Source of the DNA: Dehalococcoidia bacterium
GTDB lineage: Bacteria; Chloroflexota; Dehalococcoidia; UBA2979
Reading direction: 5' to 3'
NCBI GenBank assembly: GCA_965208885.1
Contig: CBDBPS010000002.1
Location: 622,731 to 686,730 of the forward strand
Length of the DNA: 64,000 nt
Both the position numbers and the translations under genes were made by a program. This document shows positions 1 to 8,261 of this stretch, piece by piece (the stretch's first letter is position 1; each line of letters opens with the position of its first letter). The notes beneath the pieces were generated by a model. The model worked only from the letters and a program-made list of their open reading frames with translations, did not search any database and was not told where the DNA came from.

Positions 1-617
1 TCGACCTCGTCGACTTCCCGACGCTGATTTGGTACGAAACCGATTACAGCGTATACGTGATGAGGCAGGCGTCACGGCGCTCCTGGCGTATCGGCCAGAC
101 GGAGCCCGTGCAGGTCGTCTTCATGGCCTACCGGAACTCCCTGCAAGCGGACGCCCTCCAGCTCGTGGCGAAGAAGCTGCAAAGCTCCCTCGCCGTCGAG
201 GGTGAGCTGCCCGAGGACGGCCTCGCCGCCTTCGGGGACGACGGCGACGACCTCATGCTCGCCCTGGCGCGCAAGATCGTCGCGGGCGAGGAGGACGCGG
301 GCTCGGTCGAGTCGGTCTTCGAGCAGGCCCGGCAGGTCGCGGCGGAGGCCGAGGCGCTGCTGGTCGACGAGGGCTGGCACGCGCCCGAGCCGGTGATCGT
401 CGAGGCGGAGCCCGTCGCCGCCGTTGAGAGCGCGGACGGGCCCCGCGACAACGCCCCGGAGCGGCAGCGCACGCTGTTCTCGTGGGCGGAGTTCATGGCC
501 GGGGAGCAGGAGGAGCCGCCGAAGCGCCGCCAGCGGGACGAGGCTCCGACGTTGTCCCTCTTCGAGTGGGCGCTGGACCGCGAGCGCGAGGAGGCGCTGG
601 CGGGAGCGGCCCGGTAG
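1..617 (+). CDS. SNF2-family helicase, C-terminal fragment (5' end lies outside the window)
   Basis: The frame is open from nt 3 (DLVDFPTLIWYETDYSVYVMRQ...). SRRSWRIGQTEPVQVVFMAY matches SNF2 helicase motif VI (R-x-G-Q). It is followed by an acidic/Ala-rich tail with a duplicated LF(S/E)WA motif. Confidence 0.7.
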   Translation, partial: DLVDFPTLIWYETDYSVYVMRQASRRSWRIGQTEPVQVVFMAYRNSLQADALQLVAKKLQSSLAVEGELPEDGLAAFGDDGDDLMLALARKIVAGEEDAGSVESVFEQARQVAAEAEALLVDEGWHAPEPVIVEAEPVAAVESADGPRDNAPERQRTLFSWAEFMAGEQEEPPKRRQRDEAPTLSLFEWALDREREEALAGAAR

Positions 618-763
618 GGCGATTCGGGAGGGGAGGGCTGCCGCCGTGGGCGGCGTCCTCCCCTCCACGCCTCTGTACGGTCGTTCGTGCGTTAAGCGGG
701 AGCACCAGGAGCCGCAGGATGCCCCCGCCGGCATGGCCCTCGCCAGAGGAGCACGACGCGGAC

Positions 764-1129
764 CTAGATCGGCAGGTTCACGGAGACGGGTCCGGCGCGG
801 GTATCGGTCCCGCCCTCGTAGGGCTGATACGTGGCCGCGAAGAACCGCACGACCCCGTCCCTCCAATCCGCGAGGCACGGGGCCGAGGTCACCAGCAGGG
901 AGCCCGTGCCGTGGTGCGCGATCTTGCCGTCGCCGCGGTGGTGGGCGAGGTGGTCGCGGATGGCGCCCCGACCCACGCGCACCATCCTGCCCTCGCGTAC
1001 GAGCGAGAGCGGCGCCCAGATGACGTAGACGCCGGTGACGTGCGGCGGCGGGTCGCAGGTTGCGAGCAGACACCACTCGCGTCCGCAGCGTTGCCAGTCA
1101 AGCTCCAGGTCAGGCACTCGTCGCACCAC
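764..1129 (-). CDS. Hypothetical small protein, weak GIY-YIG-nuclease-like N-terminal pattern
   Basis: 121-aa ORF. GVYVIW...MVRVGRGAIRDHLAHHRGD resembles the GIY / YIG / Arg spacing of GIY-YIG domains. The amino-acid composition is protein-like, unlike the overlapping shadow ORFs. The function call is tentative. Confidence 0.4.
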   Translation of the reverse strand: MVRRVPDLELDWQRCGREWCLLATCDPPPHVTGVYVIWAPLSLVREGRMVRVGRGAIRDHLAHHRGDGKIAHHGTGSLLVTSAPCLADWRDGVVRFFAATYQPYEGGTDTRAGPVSVNLPI

Positions 1130-1233
1130 GGCGGGGGGGCCTGCGGGCCGCCGCCGCAGTTGCCATTGCTGCTCGCAGCGTGTGTGAGGCCCCTTCTTCG
1201 TGTCCGTGGAGCAGGCAACGGCAGGCTGCGGCC

Positions 1234-1443
1234 CTACTCGATCGTGAACAGGTCATCGAAGTCGGTCGTCCCGAGCACGCGCAGCAGGCGTTGCCGGACC
1301 TCCGGCGAGGGGTGGGCGCTGCCGCTCATGAGCTGCGACATATGGCCCGAGGAGATCCCGAGCAGGCGCGCCAGCTCGTTCTGGGCGATCTCGCACTCGT
1401 CGAGGAAGGCCCAGACCGGGTCCGGCCGCAGCCGGACCCGCAA
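1234..1443 (-). CDS. XRE-family helix-turn-helix transcriptional regulator
   Basis: 69 aa. ...CEIAQNELARLLGISSGHMSQLMSG... is a classic HTH_3/XRE motif. Confidence 0.75.
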   Translation of the reverse strand: MRVRLRPDPVWAFLDECEIAQNELARLLGISSGHMSQLMSGSAHPSPEVRQRLLRVLGTTDFDDLFTIE

Positions 1444-1692
1444 CTGGGTGCGTCTCTCCTTCGCTTCGCCCCGGGCTCGGTTGGTCCCGTTCCATGATTC
1501 AGTCCGACGACAACACTCGAACGAGCGCTCCCGGCAGTGTCACGAGTCAGCAGATGCGGCACAAGGCCGTCCTGGTCGAAGCCCTGTGTATCCTGAGCGC
1601 GAGCGACCCTAAGACGCCGGTACGCATCGAGCCGGCCGGTGAAGCTTTGGGCAGCTTGCATTGCGGTAAGCTCGGACGGAGCCTGAAGAGAG

Positions 1693-1953
1693 ATGCGCGA
1701 GCATCTGGAGGGACGCGAAATGCAGAAGGTGCTGCACAAGAAGGCAACAGTACAGCCCGGCGGGAGAGTCGAGATCGTCGACGGCGACCTTCAGGCAGGG
1801 GAACACGTGGACGTGGTGATTTCGCCTGCACAGGAGCCCTCCGCTCGCTCGGCCTGGCAGGTCATCTCGGCGGGCGCGGGGCAACGCCTCTTCAAGAGCG
1901 CGAAGGACGTTGACGATTACCTCGCCGAGGAGCGAGCGTCCTGGCAGCGCTGA
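1693..1953 (+). CDS. Type II antitoxin (VapB-like, AbrB/SpoVT-type) upstream of the PIN toxin
   Basis: Small ORF whose stop overlaps the start region of the downstream PIN gene. The true start may be the internal ATG at 1720 (MQKVLHKKATVQPGGRVEI...). Confidence 0.6.
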   Translation: MREHLEGREMQKVLHKKATVQPGGRVEIVDGDLQAGEHVDVVISPAQEPSARSAWQVISAGAGQRLFKSAKDVDDYLAEERASWQR

Positions 1954-2384
1954 CTCTCCCCACAAGCGGCTCCGTCTACCTGGATACCTCGGCGATCATC
2001 TACAGCGTGGAGCGAATCGAGCCGTACCTCACGTTGTTGGCTCCTGCGTGGCAGCAGGCCGAGGCGGGGCAGCTCGTGGCGGTGTGCAGCGAGTTGGTCA
2101 TTGCCGAAACGCTGGTCCGACCCATTCGGGAGCGCGATCTCGATCTCGAAGCGGCGTTCCGCGACGTGTTCGCTGCCCCGGAGGTGGAGGTGGTGCCTGC
2201 CACACGTCGACTCTGGGAGGAGACCGCCCGTCTGCGTGCTGCGACGGGACTGAAAACGCCCGACGCCCTTCACGCAGCTACAGCCCTGCAGGCCGAGTGC
2301 GCGCTCTTCGTCACCAACGACACCGACTTTCGCCGTGTCGACGGGTTGCCGGTCGCCATCCTCGATGACCTTCTCGCCGCTTGA
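1950..2384 (+). CDS. vapC: PIN-domain ribonuclease toxin VapC
   Basis: The frame opens at 1914 and encodes YLDTSAIIYSVE (the first acidic PIN motif) upstream of the ATG at 2007 used in the track. ...LFVTNDTDF is at the C-terminus. There is no ATG/GTG/TTG between the in-frame stop at 1911 and the PIN motif, so a non-canonical start (CTG ~1950) is implied. The start is uncertain. Confidence 0.8.
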   Translation: MTLPTSGSVYLDTSAIIYSVERIEPYLTLLAPAWQQAEAGQLVAVCSELVIAETLVRPIRERDLDLEAAFRDVFAAPEVEVVPATRRLWEETARLRAATGLKTPDALHAATALQAECALFVTNDTDFRRVDGLPVAILDDLLAA

Positions 2385-2521
2385 GTCTCAACATGGAGCG
2401 CGGAGGCGCCGCAGGAGCGTGGGCTCTACGGCGGGCTGGGATCGGCTCGGCCTTGCGTCCGCGCGGAGCCCGTAGTTGCACCCTCCCCCCTAGTGAGTTC
2501 CAGATACAACCCGCCATCGCG

Positions 2522-4321
2522 CTAAGGGCGCGGCCAGATGGTGACGACCCGATCAGCGAGCCGACGCGAGCGCTCGATAATGGAAGCTTCATCCCATGAC
2601 GCGACCTGAATCAGCTCCAGGTTGAGTTGCAGCCGACTGTGTTCGGCGAGCCCCGTTCGCTTCGTGTCCCACGGTGCATTCGACAGCGGGTGTGCATTCA
2701 GGCTTCTCGTCACAAGCGTCAGATTCCCCAACGTGTGCACGAGGCGGTCGCGCCGTTCGATCGCCTCCACCGGTTCATCGGAGACTCCAAGCGGCCAGTC
2801 CCCCTCGCGCCAGCCCTGCGGCATCAGGTGCTCGATCGTGAGCGAGCCACGCGGGACGCGCTGGTGCTCGGTCTTGGGGGACCGAATCGAGTCCTCGATG
2901 GCCTCGATGACGAGCCGGAGACGACCTCGAGTGAGCAGGCTGTACAGCGGGAATTCCTCAATGGCTGAGCGCACGCGGGCATCGCTGGGCCAGAGCCTTG
3001 TCTCGGTGTCGTGCTGTGTAAGGAAGTCGCGGATGACCTTGTGGACCTCGCCCGGGTGAGCCGCAGGGAGACGGTTGAGGAGTTCGAGGAACAGTCGGTT
3101 GTAGCCCTGGGTCGGTATCCTGCAGAGCATCCGGCGCACGAGGTAGCTCTCGATGGTGCCCAAGGATTGCGCAAGCACGTCGTCACGCACATCCGGCTGC
3201 CCGAGAAGCCAAAGCAGGACTGGCGTAAGAACCCTGATATCCATAGTGCGCCAGCGGTAAAGGAACTCCGACAGCGGATCGTCGGCTTCGGAGCGCTGGA
3301 GGCGGCTATAGACATCGGCCGTCTCCCGAATGTCGAAGGCCACGGTGCCGACCGACGAGGCGTCCTCCAGGTATCGGCGGAACTTCAAAAAGACATCGTC
3401 CGTCTTGACCTCTTCCTGGAGTCGCGCCTCCAGCCAGTAGTTGAGGTACGTGTCGATGCGAGGCCTGACGATCCGTCCCTGTCGCACCTCCTCGCGCCAC
3501 CAGGGGTCATCGAACTCGGACCAGTGGTCGGCGTTCAGCCGCTCCGGATCGATGCCTTCACTCTCCGCGGTGTGGAGAACGAGATTCTTTATGAGGTCCG
3601 AGGCGAGTAGGGGCGTCCCTCGGGCGTTCAACGTCTCAAAGATCACGTTCGGGTCGTCGTCAAGGTCAAGATCGATCACGACCAGCTCAAGCAGGCTCCC
3701 TAGCGCAGCTTCCAGTGCCTTCGCACGCTGGCTCCCGCCGTCGTCTCCCGCCGCCAGCCACTGCTCGACCTGGTCGTGAAAGAACTCGTGCGCCTGCACG
3801 ATCGCGGAGTCCTCGAACCCCTCGGTAGGCGAGCCGTTCTCCATTGCGCGGCGAAAGGCTGCCTGATCTGCGCTCGAGGGCCAGACTTTGAAAAGCAGTG
3901 CGTCGTCCCCGCCAGTCAGGTCCTCGTGGTTGAGAACGTACCGCGCCAGCCGCCGCCCCTCGGCATACCCGCGCGCTTCAAGCACCTCCTGCGCGGCGTC
4001 GAGCAGCAACTGAAGCGTCGTCAGCCGTTGTTGGCCGTCGATGACGTGCCGCAGCTCGGGCTGCGATGCAGGCGAGGGCCGCTGCTGCACGACCACGGCG
4101 CCGAGAAAGTGCGCACCAGCTTCCTGCTCGGCGAGGGCGGCCCCTCCCTCACCTGCCTCCGCCAGCTTCTCGAGGTAGCGCTCTGCGATGTTCTGCACAT
4201 CCTCCCAGAGGGGGTCCCACTGATCGTCCTTGGTCCACACGTATGGGCGCTGAAAGGTCGGAATGACGTAGCGGACGTCCTTCAGAAACAGGTTTCGGAG
4301 GTTGAGGATGCCTGCCTTCAT
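2522..4321 (-). CDS. GmrSD-family DUF262/DUF1524 protein (putative Type IV modification-dependent restriction endonuclease)
   Basis: 599 aa. The N-terminus YVIPTFQRPYVWTKDDQWDPLWEDV is the DUF262 (ParB-like NTPase) signature (DGQQRLTTL is also present). The C-terminus IEHLMPQGW...LGNLTLV is the DUF1524 His-Me finger signature. Confidence 0.85.
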   Translation of the reverse strand: MKAGILNLRNLFLKDVRYVIPTFQRPYVWTKDDQWDPLWEDVQNIAERYLEKLAEAGEGGAALAEQEAGAHFLGAVVVQQRPSPASQPELRHVIDGQQRLTTLQLLLDAAQEVLEARGYAEGRRLARYVLNHEDLTGGDDALLFKVWPSSADQAAFRRAMENGSPTEGFEDSAIVQAHEFFHDQVEQWLAAGDDGGSQRAKALEAALGSLLELVVIDLDLDDDPNVIFETLNARGTPLLASDLIKNLVLHTAESEGIDPERLNADHWSEFDDPWWREEVRQGRIVRPRIDTYLNYWLEARLQEEVKTDDVFLKFRRYLEDASSVGTVAFDIRETADVYSRLQRSEADDPLSEFLYRWRTMDIRVLTPVLLWLLGQPDVRDDVLAQSLGTIESYLVRRMLCRIPTQGYNRLFLELLNRLPAAHPGEVHKVIRDFLTQHDTETRLWPSDARVRSAIEEFPLYSLLTRGRLRLVIEAIEDSIRSPKTEHQRVPRGSLTIEHLMPQGWREGDWPLGVSDEPVEAIERRDRLVHTLGNLTLVTRSLNAHPLSNAPWDTKRTGLAEHSRLQLNLELIQVASWDEASIIERSRRLADRVVTIWPRP

Positions 4322-4737
4322 CGTTCTCCCTTCGAAAGGGTCCGACTGCTCGGGGGTGACAGTAGCGGACAGTGAGGACGGTCCGCCGACTCTGTTCTAC
4401 GGCATCCACAAGCGTACGCGCGACATCACGGGCGGATGGAGGACTCCGTGAGACGCCACGGCTTCACGGTGGCGGTGATGAACGCGGACGTGGTGCCGCC
4501 CGAGCAGACAGGCCTGAACCTCATCGACTGGCTACGATCGTCTGGTTCGAGGCGGAGGTCTCGGTTTTCCAATCCACACGAAACGCTGCGTTACTCATGG
4601 GCCGTGAGTTTGCTTTCACAGGGCGGGTAGAGCCCGGCCCCTCATGAGGGCTGACACGCGCTACGGGATCCTCCGGGCACGATACCTTGGACGAGATGGG
4701 GAGCGCGACCTATCGTAGCCTGAGGAGAAGGGACGGC

Positions 4738-6726
4738 GTGAGCCGAGTGAGCGCTCTGAACATCAGCAGCTTCATCTGGGGCATCGCGGACGATGTACTG
4801 CGGGATGTCTACGTCCGGGGCAAGTACCGAGACGTCATCCTGCCCATGACGGTCATCCGCCGCCTCGATGCGGTCCTCGAACCAACCAAGGACGATGTGC
4901 TCCGCATGAAGGAGCAACTCGACTCAGCCGGCATCACCAACCAGGACAGTGCGCTGCGTCAGGCGTCAGGCGAGGCCTTCTACAACACGTCGCCTTTCCG
5001 TCTCCGCGACCTCACATCCCGCGGGAGGCAACAGCAGCTTCAGGCCGATTTCGAGGCGTACCTCGACGGCTTCTCACCCAACGTTCAGGAGGTCCTGGAG
5101 AAGTTCAAGTTCCGCAATCAGGTCCCCACACTCGTCGAGGCCGATGCGCTGGGCTTCCTGCTCGAGAAGTTCCTCGACCCATCGACCAATCTCAGCCCCC
5201 GCCCGGTTCTGAACGGCGACGGCTCCGTGCGTCTCGACGGTCTCGACAACCACGGCATGGGCACGGTCTTCGAGGAGCTCATCCGCCGCTTCAACGAAGA
5301 GAACAACGAGGAGGCCGGCGAGCACTTCACCCCCCGCGACGTGGTGCAGCTCATGGCGCGCCTCGTCTTCCTGCCCGTGGCCGAGCAGGTCCGGTCAGGC
5401 ACCTACCTGGTCTATGACGGCGCCTGCGGCACGGGCGGGATGCTGACCGTCGCCGAGGAGACGCTGACCCAGCTCGCGTCCGAGCATGGGAAGGAGGTCT
5501 CCGTCCACCTGTACGGGCAGGAGGTCAATCCCGAGACCTACGCGATCAGCAAGGCCGACCTGATCCTCAAGGGCGAAGGGACCGAGGCCGACAACATGCG
5601 GTTCGGCTCCACCCTCGCCGGCGACGCCTTCCCGTCCCGCGAGTTCGACTTCATGCTCTCCAACCCGCCTTACGGCAAGAGCTGGAAGACCGACCTGGAG
5701 CGTATGGGCGGCAAGCCCGCCATCACGGACCTGCGCTTCGTCGTCGAGCACGACGGCGATCCCGACTACTCGCTGATCACCCGCTCCAGCGACGGCCAGA
5801 TGATGTTCCTGGCCAACATGCTCAGCAAGATGAAGCGCACCACGCCGCTCGGCAGCCGCATCGCCGAGGTGCACAACGGGAGTTCGCTCTTCACCGGCGA
5901 TGCCGGTCAGGGCGAGAGCAACATCCGCCGCTGGACCATCGAGAACGACTGGCTCGAGGCGATCGTCGCCCTGCCGCTCAACATGTTCTACAACACCGGC
6001 ATCGCCACCTACATCTGGATCCTCAGCAACCGCAAGGCGGCGCATCGACGGGGCCACGTGCAGCTCATCGACGCCACACAGTGGTACCGCCCCCTGCGCC
6101 GGAACCTCGGGAGCAAGAACTGCGAACTCTCGGACGAGGACATCCGGCGCATCTGCGATGCCTTCATCGCTTTCGAGGAGACGGAGCAGTCAAAGATCTT
6201 CCCCAACGAGGCCTTCGGCTACCGGAAGGTCACCGTTGAACGGCCGCTGCGACTAGCGAGTGCAGACCCGCACCGGGCTCATACCGCCAAAGAGATCAAG
6301 GCGCTAAAGGACGGCAGCGAGCGCGCGAAGACCGCGCCGCCGGTCATCAGGCGTGTCCACAAGGCGGGAGTCGCGCCCGACCCTCTGCGCGGTCTCTTCC
6401 CCGCCACCATCGACGGCGGGTCGGTAGTCGTCGAGTACGAGCCTGACACCAACCTGCGCGATACCGAACAGGTGCCGCTGCTCCACGATGGCGGCATCGA
6501 AGGCTTCCTGAAACAGGAGGTGCTCCCCTACGCTCCAGATGCCTGGTACGGGGCGTCCAGCGTCAAGATCGGCTACGAGATCAGCTTCACGCGGCACTTC
6601 TACAAGCCTGAGCTGCTCCGAACCCTTGACGACATCCGTTCCGATATTCTGGCGGTCGATCGGGAGACGGAGGGGCTGCTGGCGGAGATCGTCGGCGCCT
6701 CAAGTATCAGAGAGGACATTCGGTAG
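4738..6726 (+). CDS. hsdM: Type I restriction-modification system, DNA methyltransferase subunit HsdM
   Basis: N-terminal HsdM domain (FIWGIADDVLRDVYVRGKYRDVILPMTVIRRLD), SAM motif YDGACGTGGML and catalytic NPPYGKSWK. GTG 4738 is preceded by GAGGAGAAGGGA. Alternative starts are TTG 4687 and ATG 4696. Confidence 0.95.
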   Translation: MSRVSALNISSFIWGIADDVLRDVYVRGKYRDVILPMTVIRRLDAVLEPTKDDVLRMKEQLDSAGITNQDSALRQASGEAFYNTSPFRLRDLTSRGRQQQLQADFEAYLDGFSPNVQEVLEKFKFRNQVPTLVEADALGFLLEKFLDPSTNLSPRPVLNGDGSVRLDGLDNHGMGTVFEELIRRFNEENNEEAGEHFTPRDVVQLMARLVFLPVAEQVRSGTYLVYDGACGTGGMLTVAEETLTQLASEHGKEVSVHLYGQEVNPETYAISKADLILKGEGTEADNMRFGSTLAGDAFPSREFDFMLSNPPYGKSWKTDLERMGGKPAITDLRFVVEHDGDPDYSLITRSSDGQMMFLANMLSKMKRTTPLGSRIAEVHNGSSLFTGDAGQGESNIRRWTIENDWLEAIVALPLNMFYNTGIATYIWILSNRKAAHRRGHVQLIDATQWYRPLRRNLGSKNCELSDEDIRRICDAFIAFEETEQSKIFPNEAFGYRKVTVERPLRLASADPHRAHTAKEIKALKDGSERAKTAPPVIRRVHKAGVAPDPLRGLFPATIDGGSVVVEYEPDTNLRDTEQVPLLHDGGIEGFLKQEVLPYAPDAWYGASSVKIGYEISFTRHFYKPELLRTLDDIRSDILAVDRETEGLLAEIVGASSIREDIR

Positions 6727-7226
6727 TGGCGACCCGCAGAAGAACCTTCTTCAGCTTTCACTACAAACCAGATAACTGGCGGGCGGCTCAGGTCAGGAAC
6801 ATGGGTGTCGTGGAGGGGAATGCTCCCGTTTCTGACAATGACTGGGAAACCATCCAGCGGGGCGGTGACGCTGCGATCAAGAGGTGGATCAACGGGCAAT
6901 TGAGTGGCAAGTCCTGCGCTATCGTCTTGATTGGCAGCAAGACAGCCGGGCGGAAGTGGATCAACTACGAGATTGAGACGGCTTGGAACGAAGGGAAGGG
7001 GCTGCTTGGAATCTACGTCCACAACCTGAAGGACGGGAGGGGCGCGCAATCCACTAAGGGTGACAACCCTTTCTCTGGATTCACTGTGGGTACTCGGAAG
7101 CTCTCGGGAATAGTACAGGCGTACTCTCCGCCGTACACCGGGAGCAGGAATGTCTACTCATACATCGAGCAGAACATCGCCGAGTGGGTTGAGGAAGCAA
7201 TCCGGATTCGGAAGAGCTACCCGTGA
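6726..7226 (+). CDS. ThsB-like TIR-like domain protein (DUF1863 family), copy 1
   Basis: RRTFFSFHYKPDNWRAAQVRN, IKRWINGQL, AIVLIGSKTAGRKWINYEIE and GLLGIYVHNLKDGRG..KGDNPF are hallmarks of Thoeris ThsB / DUF1863. The GTG start overlaps the hsdM stop (TAGTG). Confidence 0.8.
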   Translation: MATRRRTFFSFHYKPDNWRAAQVRNMGVVEGNAPVSDNDWETIQRGGDAAIKRWINGQLSGKSCAIVLIGSKTAGRKWINYEIETAWNEGKGLLGIYVHNLKDGRGAQSTKGDNPFSGFTVGTRKLSGIVQAYSPPYTGSRNVYSYIEQNIAEWVEEAIRIRKSYP

Positions 7227-7675
7227 CGCAAGAGGACGCCACACAGCCAGCGCTCAGCGAAGAGTCCGGAGCTGTTCACAAACACCTTGAGATCATGCAG
7301 GGCGTGATCAATCGCATGGCGGAGAACAGTCGCTCCTGCAAGGTGTGGTGCGTCACCCTCGTTTCAGCGACTCTGGTGCTGGTGGCGAGGACGGGGGAGC
7401 CAGAACACGCGCTTATCGCGTTAGCTCCTACTGTCCTGTTCTACGTCTTGGATGCCTACTACCTGTCGCTGGAACGAGCTTTCCGACAGTCATACAACAG
7501 CTTCGTTCGCAAGGTGCATCAGGGGCGCGTGTCGGTCTCGGACCTCTACACCGTGGTTCCTACCGGCTCGATAATGCGCGGAGCCCTCTGGGCGATGTCC
7601 AGATCCTTCTCCGTGCCGCCCTTCTATGCCGTCGTCGTCGTGACGATCTTGCTGGCGTGGTTGCTGGTGTTCTAA
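7223..7675 (+). CDS. Small predicted membrane protein (about three hydrophobic helices), unknown family
   Basis: 150 aa. Amphipathic N-terminal helix (HLEIMQGVINRMAENS), then the hydrophobic stretches VWCVTLVSATLVLVA, ALIALAPTVLFYVLDAYYL and PPFYAVVVVTILLAWLLVF. Start GTG overlaps the upstream stop (GTGA). Confidence 0.6.
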   Translation: MTQEDATQPALSEESGAVHKHLEIMQGVINRMAENSRSCKVWCVTLVSATLVLVARTGEPEHALIALAPTVLFYVLDAYYLSLERAFRQSYNSFVRKVHQGRVSVSDLYTVVPTGSIMRGALWAMSRSFSVPPFYAVVVVTILLAWLLVF

Positions 7676-7686
7676 GTCGGAGCAGG

Positions 7687-8256
7687 ATGATGGCCTCCGG
7701 TATACCCAGGCACAAGGTGTTCATCAGCTTCCATGAGCGCGACCTCGAGTACAAAGAGAGATTCGTGCGCATGATGGGGACGCGCGTCGTGGACAGGTCC
7801 GTTGATACGGGGGGCATCGACGACACCGGCCTGAAGACGGCGACCGTGCGGCAGAAGATCCGCGACGAGTACGTGCGGGACGCCACCGTCACGATCGTGC
7901 TTATCGGTCCGCGCACCTGGCAGCGCAAGCACGTGGACTGGGAGATCGGCTCCAGTATCAGGAACACGAGGAAGAACTCCCGCTGCGGACTGGTGGGCAT
8001 CATCCTTCCAAATCACCCGGCGCACGGGAAGAAGCAGCGGCGTAACCCGCGCCTCTTCCCTCCGCGCCTCGCGGACAACTGCCGGGGAGATGATCCCTAC
8101 GCGCTCATCTACGATTGGCCGAATCCCTGGACGCCTGCGAAGATCGCGGAGTGGATCCACCGCGCCTTCGTGCGCAGGAGGGGGACGCCCCCGGACAACT
8201 CGAGGGAGTCGTTCGCGCGCAACAGAACGAGGGACTACCGCAAGGGCTGGCAGTGA
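7687..8256 (+). CDS. ThsB-like TIR-like domain protein (DUF1863 family), copy 2 (divergent)
   Basis: The internal ATG-ATG at 7687/7690 follows GGAG. HKVFISFHERDLEYKERF... and ATVTIVLIGPRTWQRKHVDWEIGS match the TIR-like DUF1863 pattern. The longer track ORF from 7345 overlaps the TM gene in another frame and is rejected. Confidence 0.7.
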   Translation: MMASGIPRHKVFISFHERDLEYKERFVRMMGTRVVDRSVDTGGIDDTGLKTATVRQKIRDEYVRDATVTIVLIGPRTWQRKHVDWEIGSSIRNTRKNSRCGLVGIILPNHPAHGKKQRRNPRLFPPRLADNCRGDDPYALIYDWPNPWTPAKIAEWIHRAFVRRRGTPPDNSRESFARNRTRDYRKGWQ

Positions 8257-8261
8257 GCGAC

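Noticed and set aside
72-1076. 334-aa minus-strand ORF and other long ORFs overlapping the SNF2 tail (72..1076 -, 424..1023 +, 482..1612 +)
   Set aside because: They show extreme Arg/Pro/Gly composition and lie antisense to or out of frame with the helicase tail and the small GIY-YIG-like gene. They are typical high-GC shadow frames.
4372-4647. Small ORFs (64-91 aa) in the GmrSD/hsdM intergenic region
   Set aside because: No recognisable motifs, Arg-rich composition and overlapping frames. They more likely lie in the divergent promoter region.
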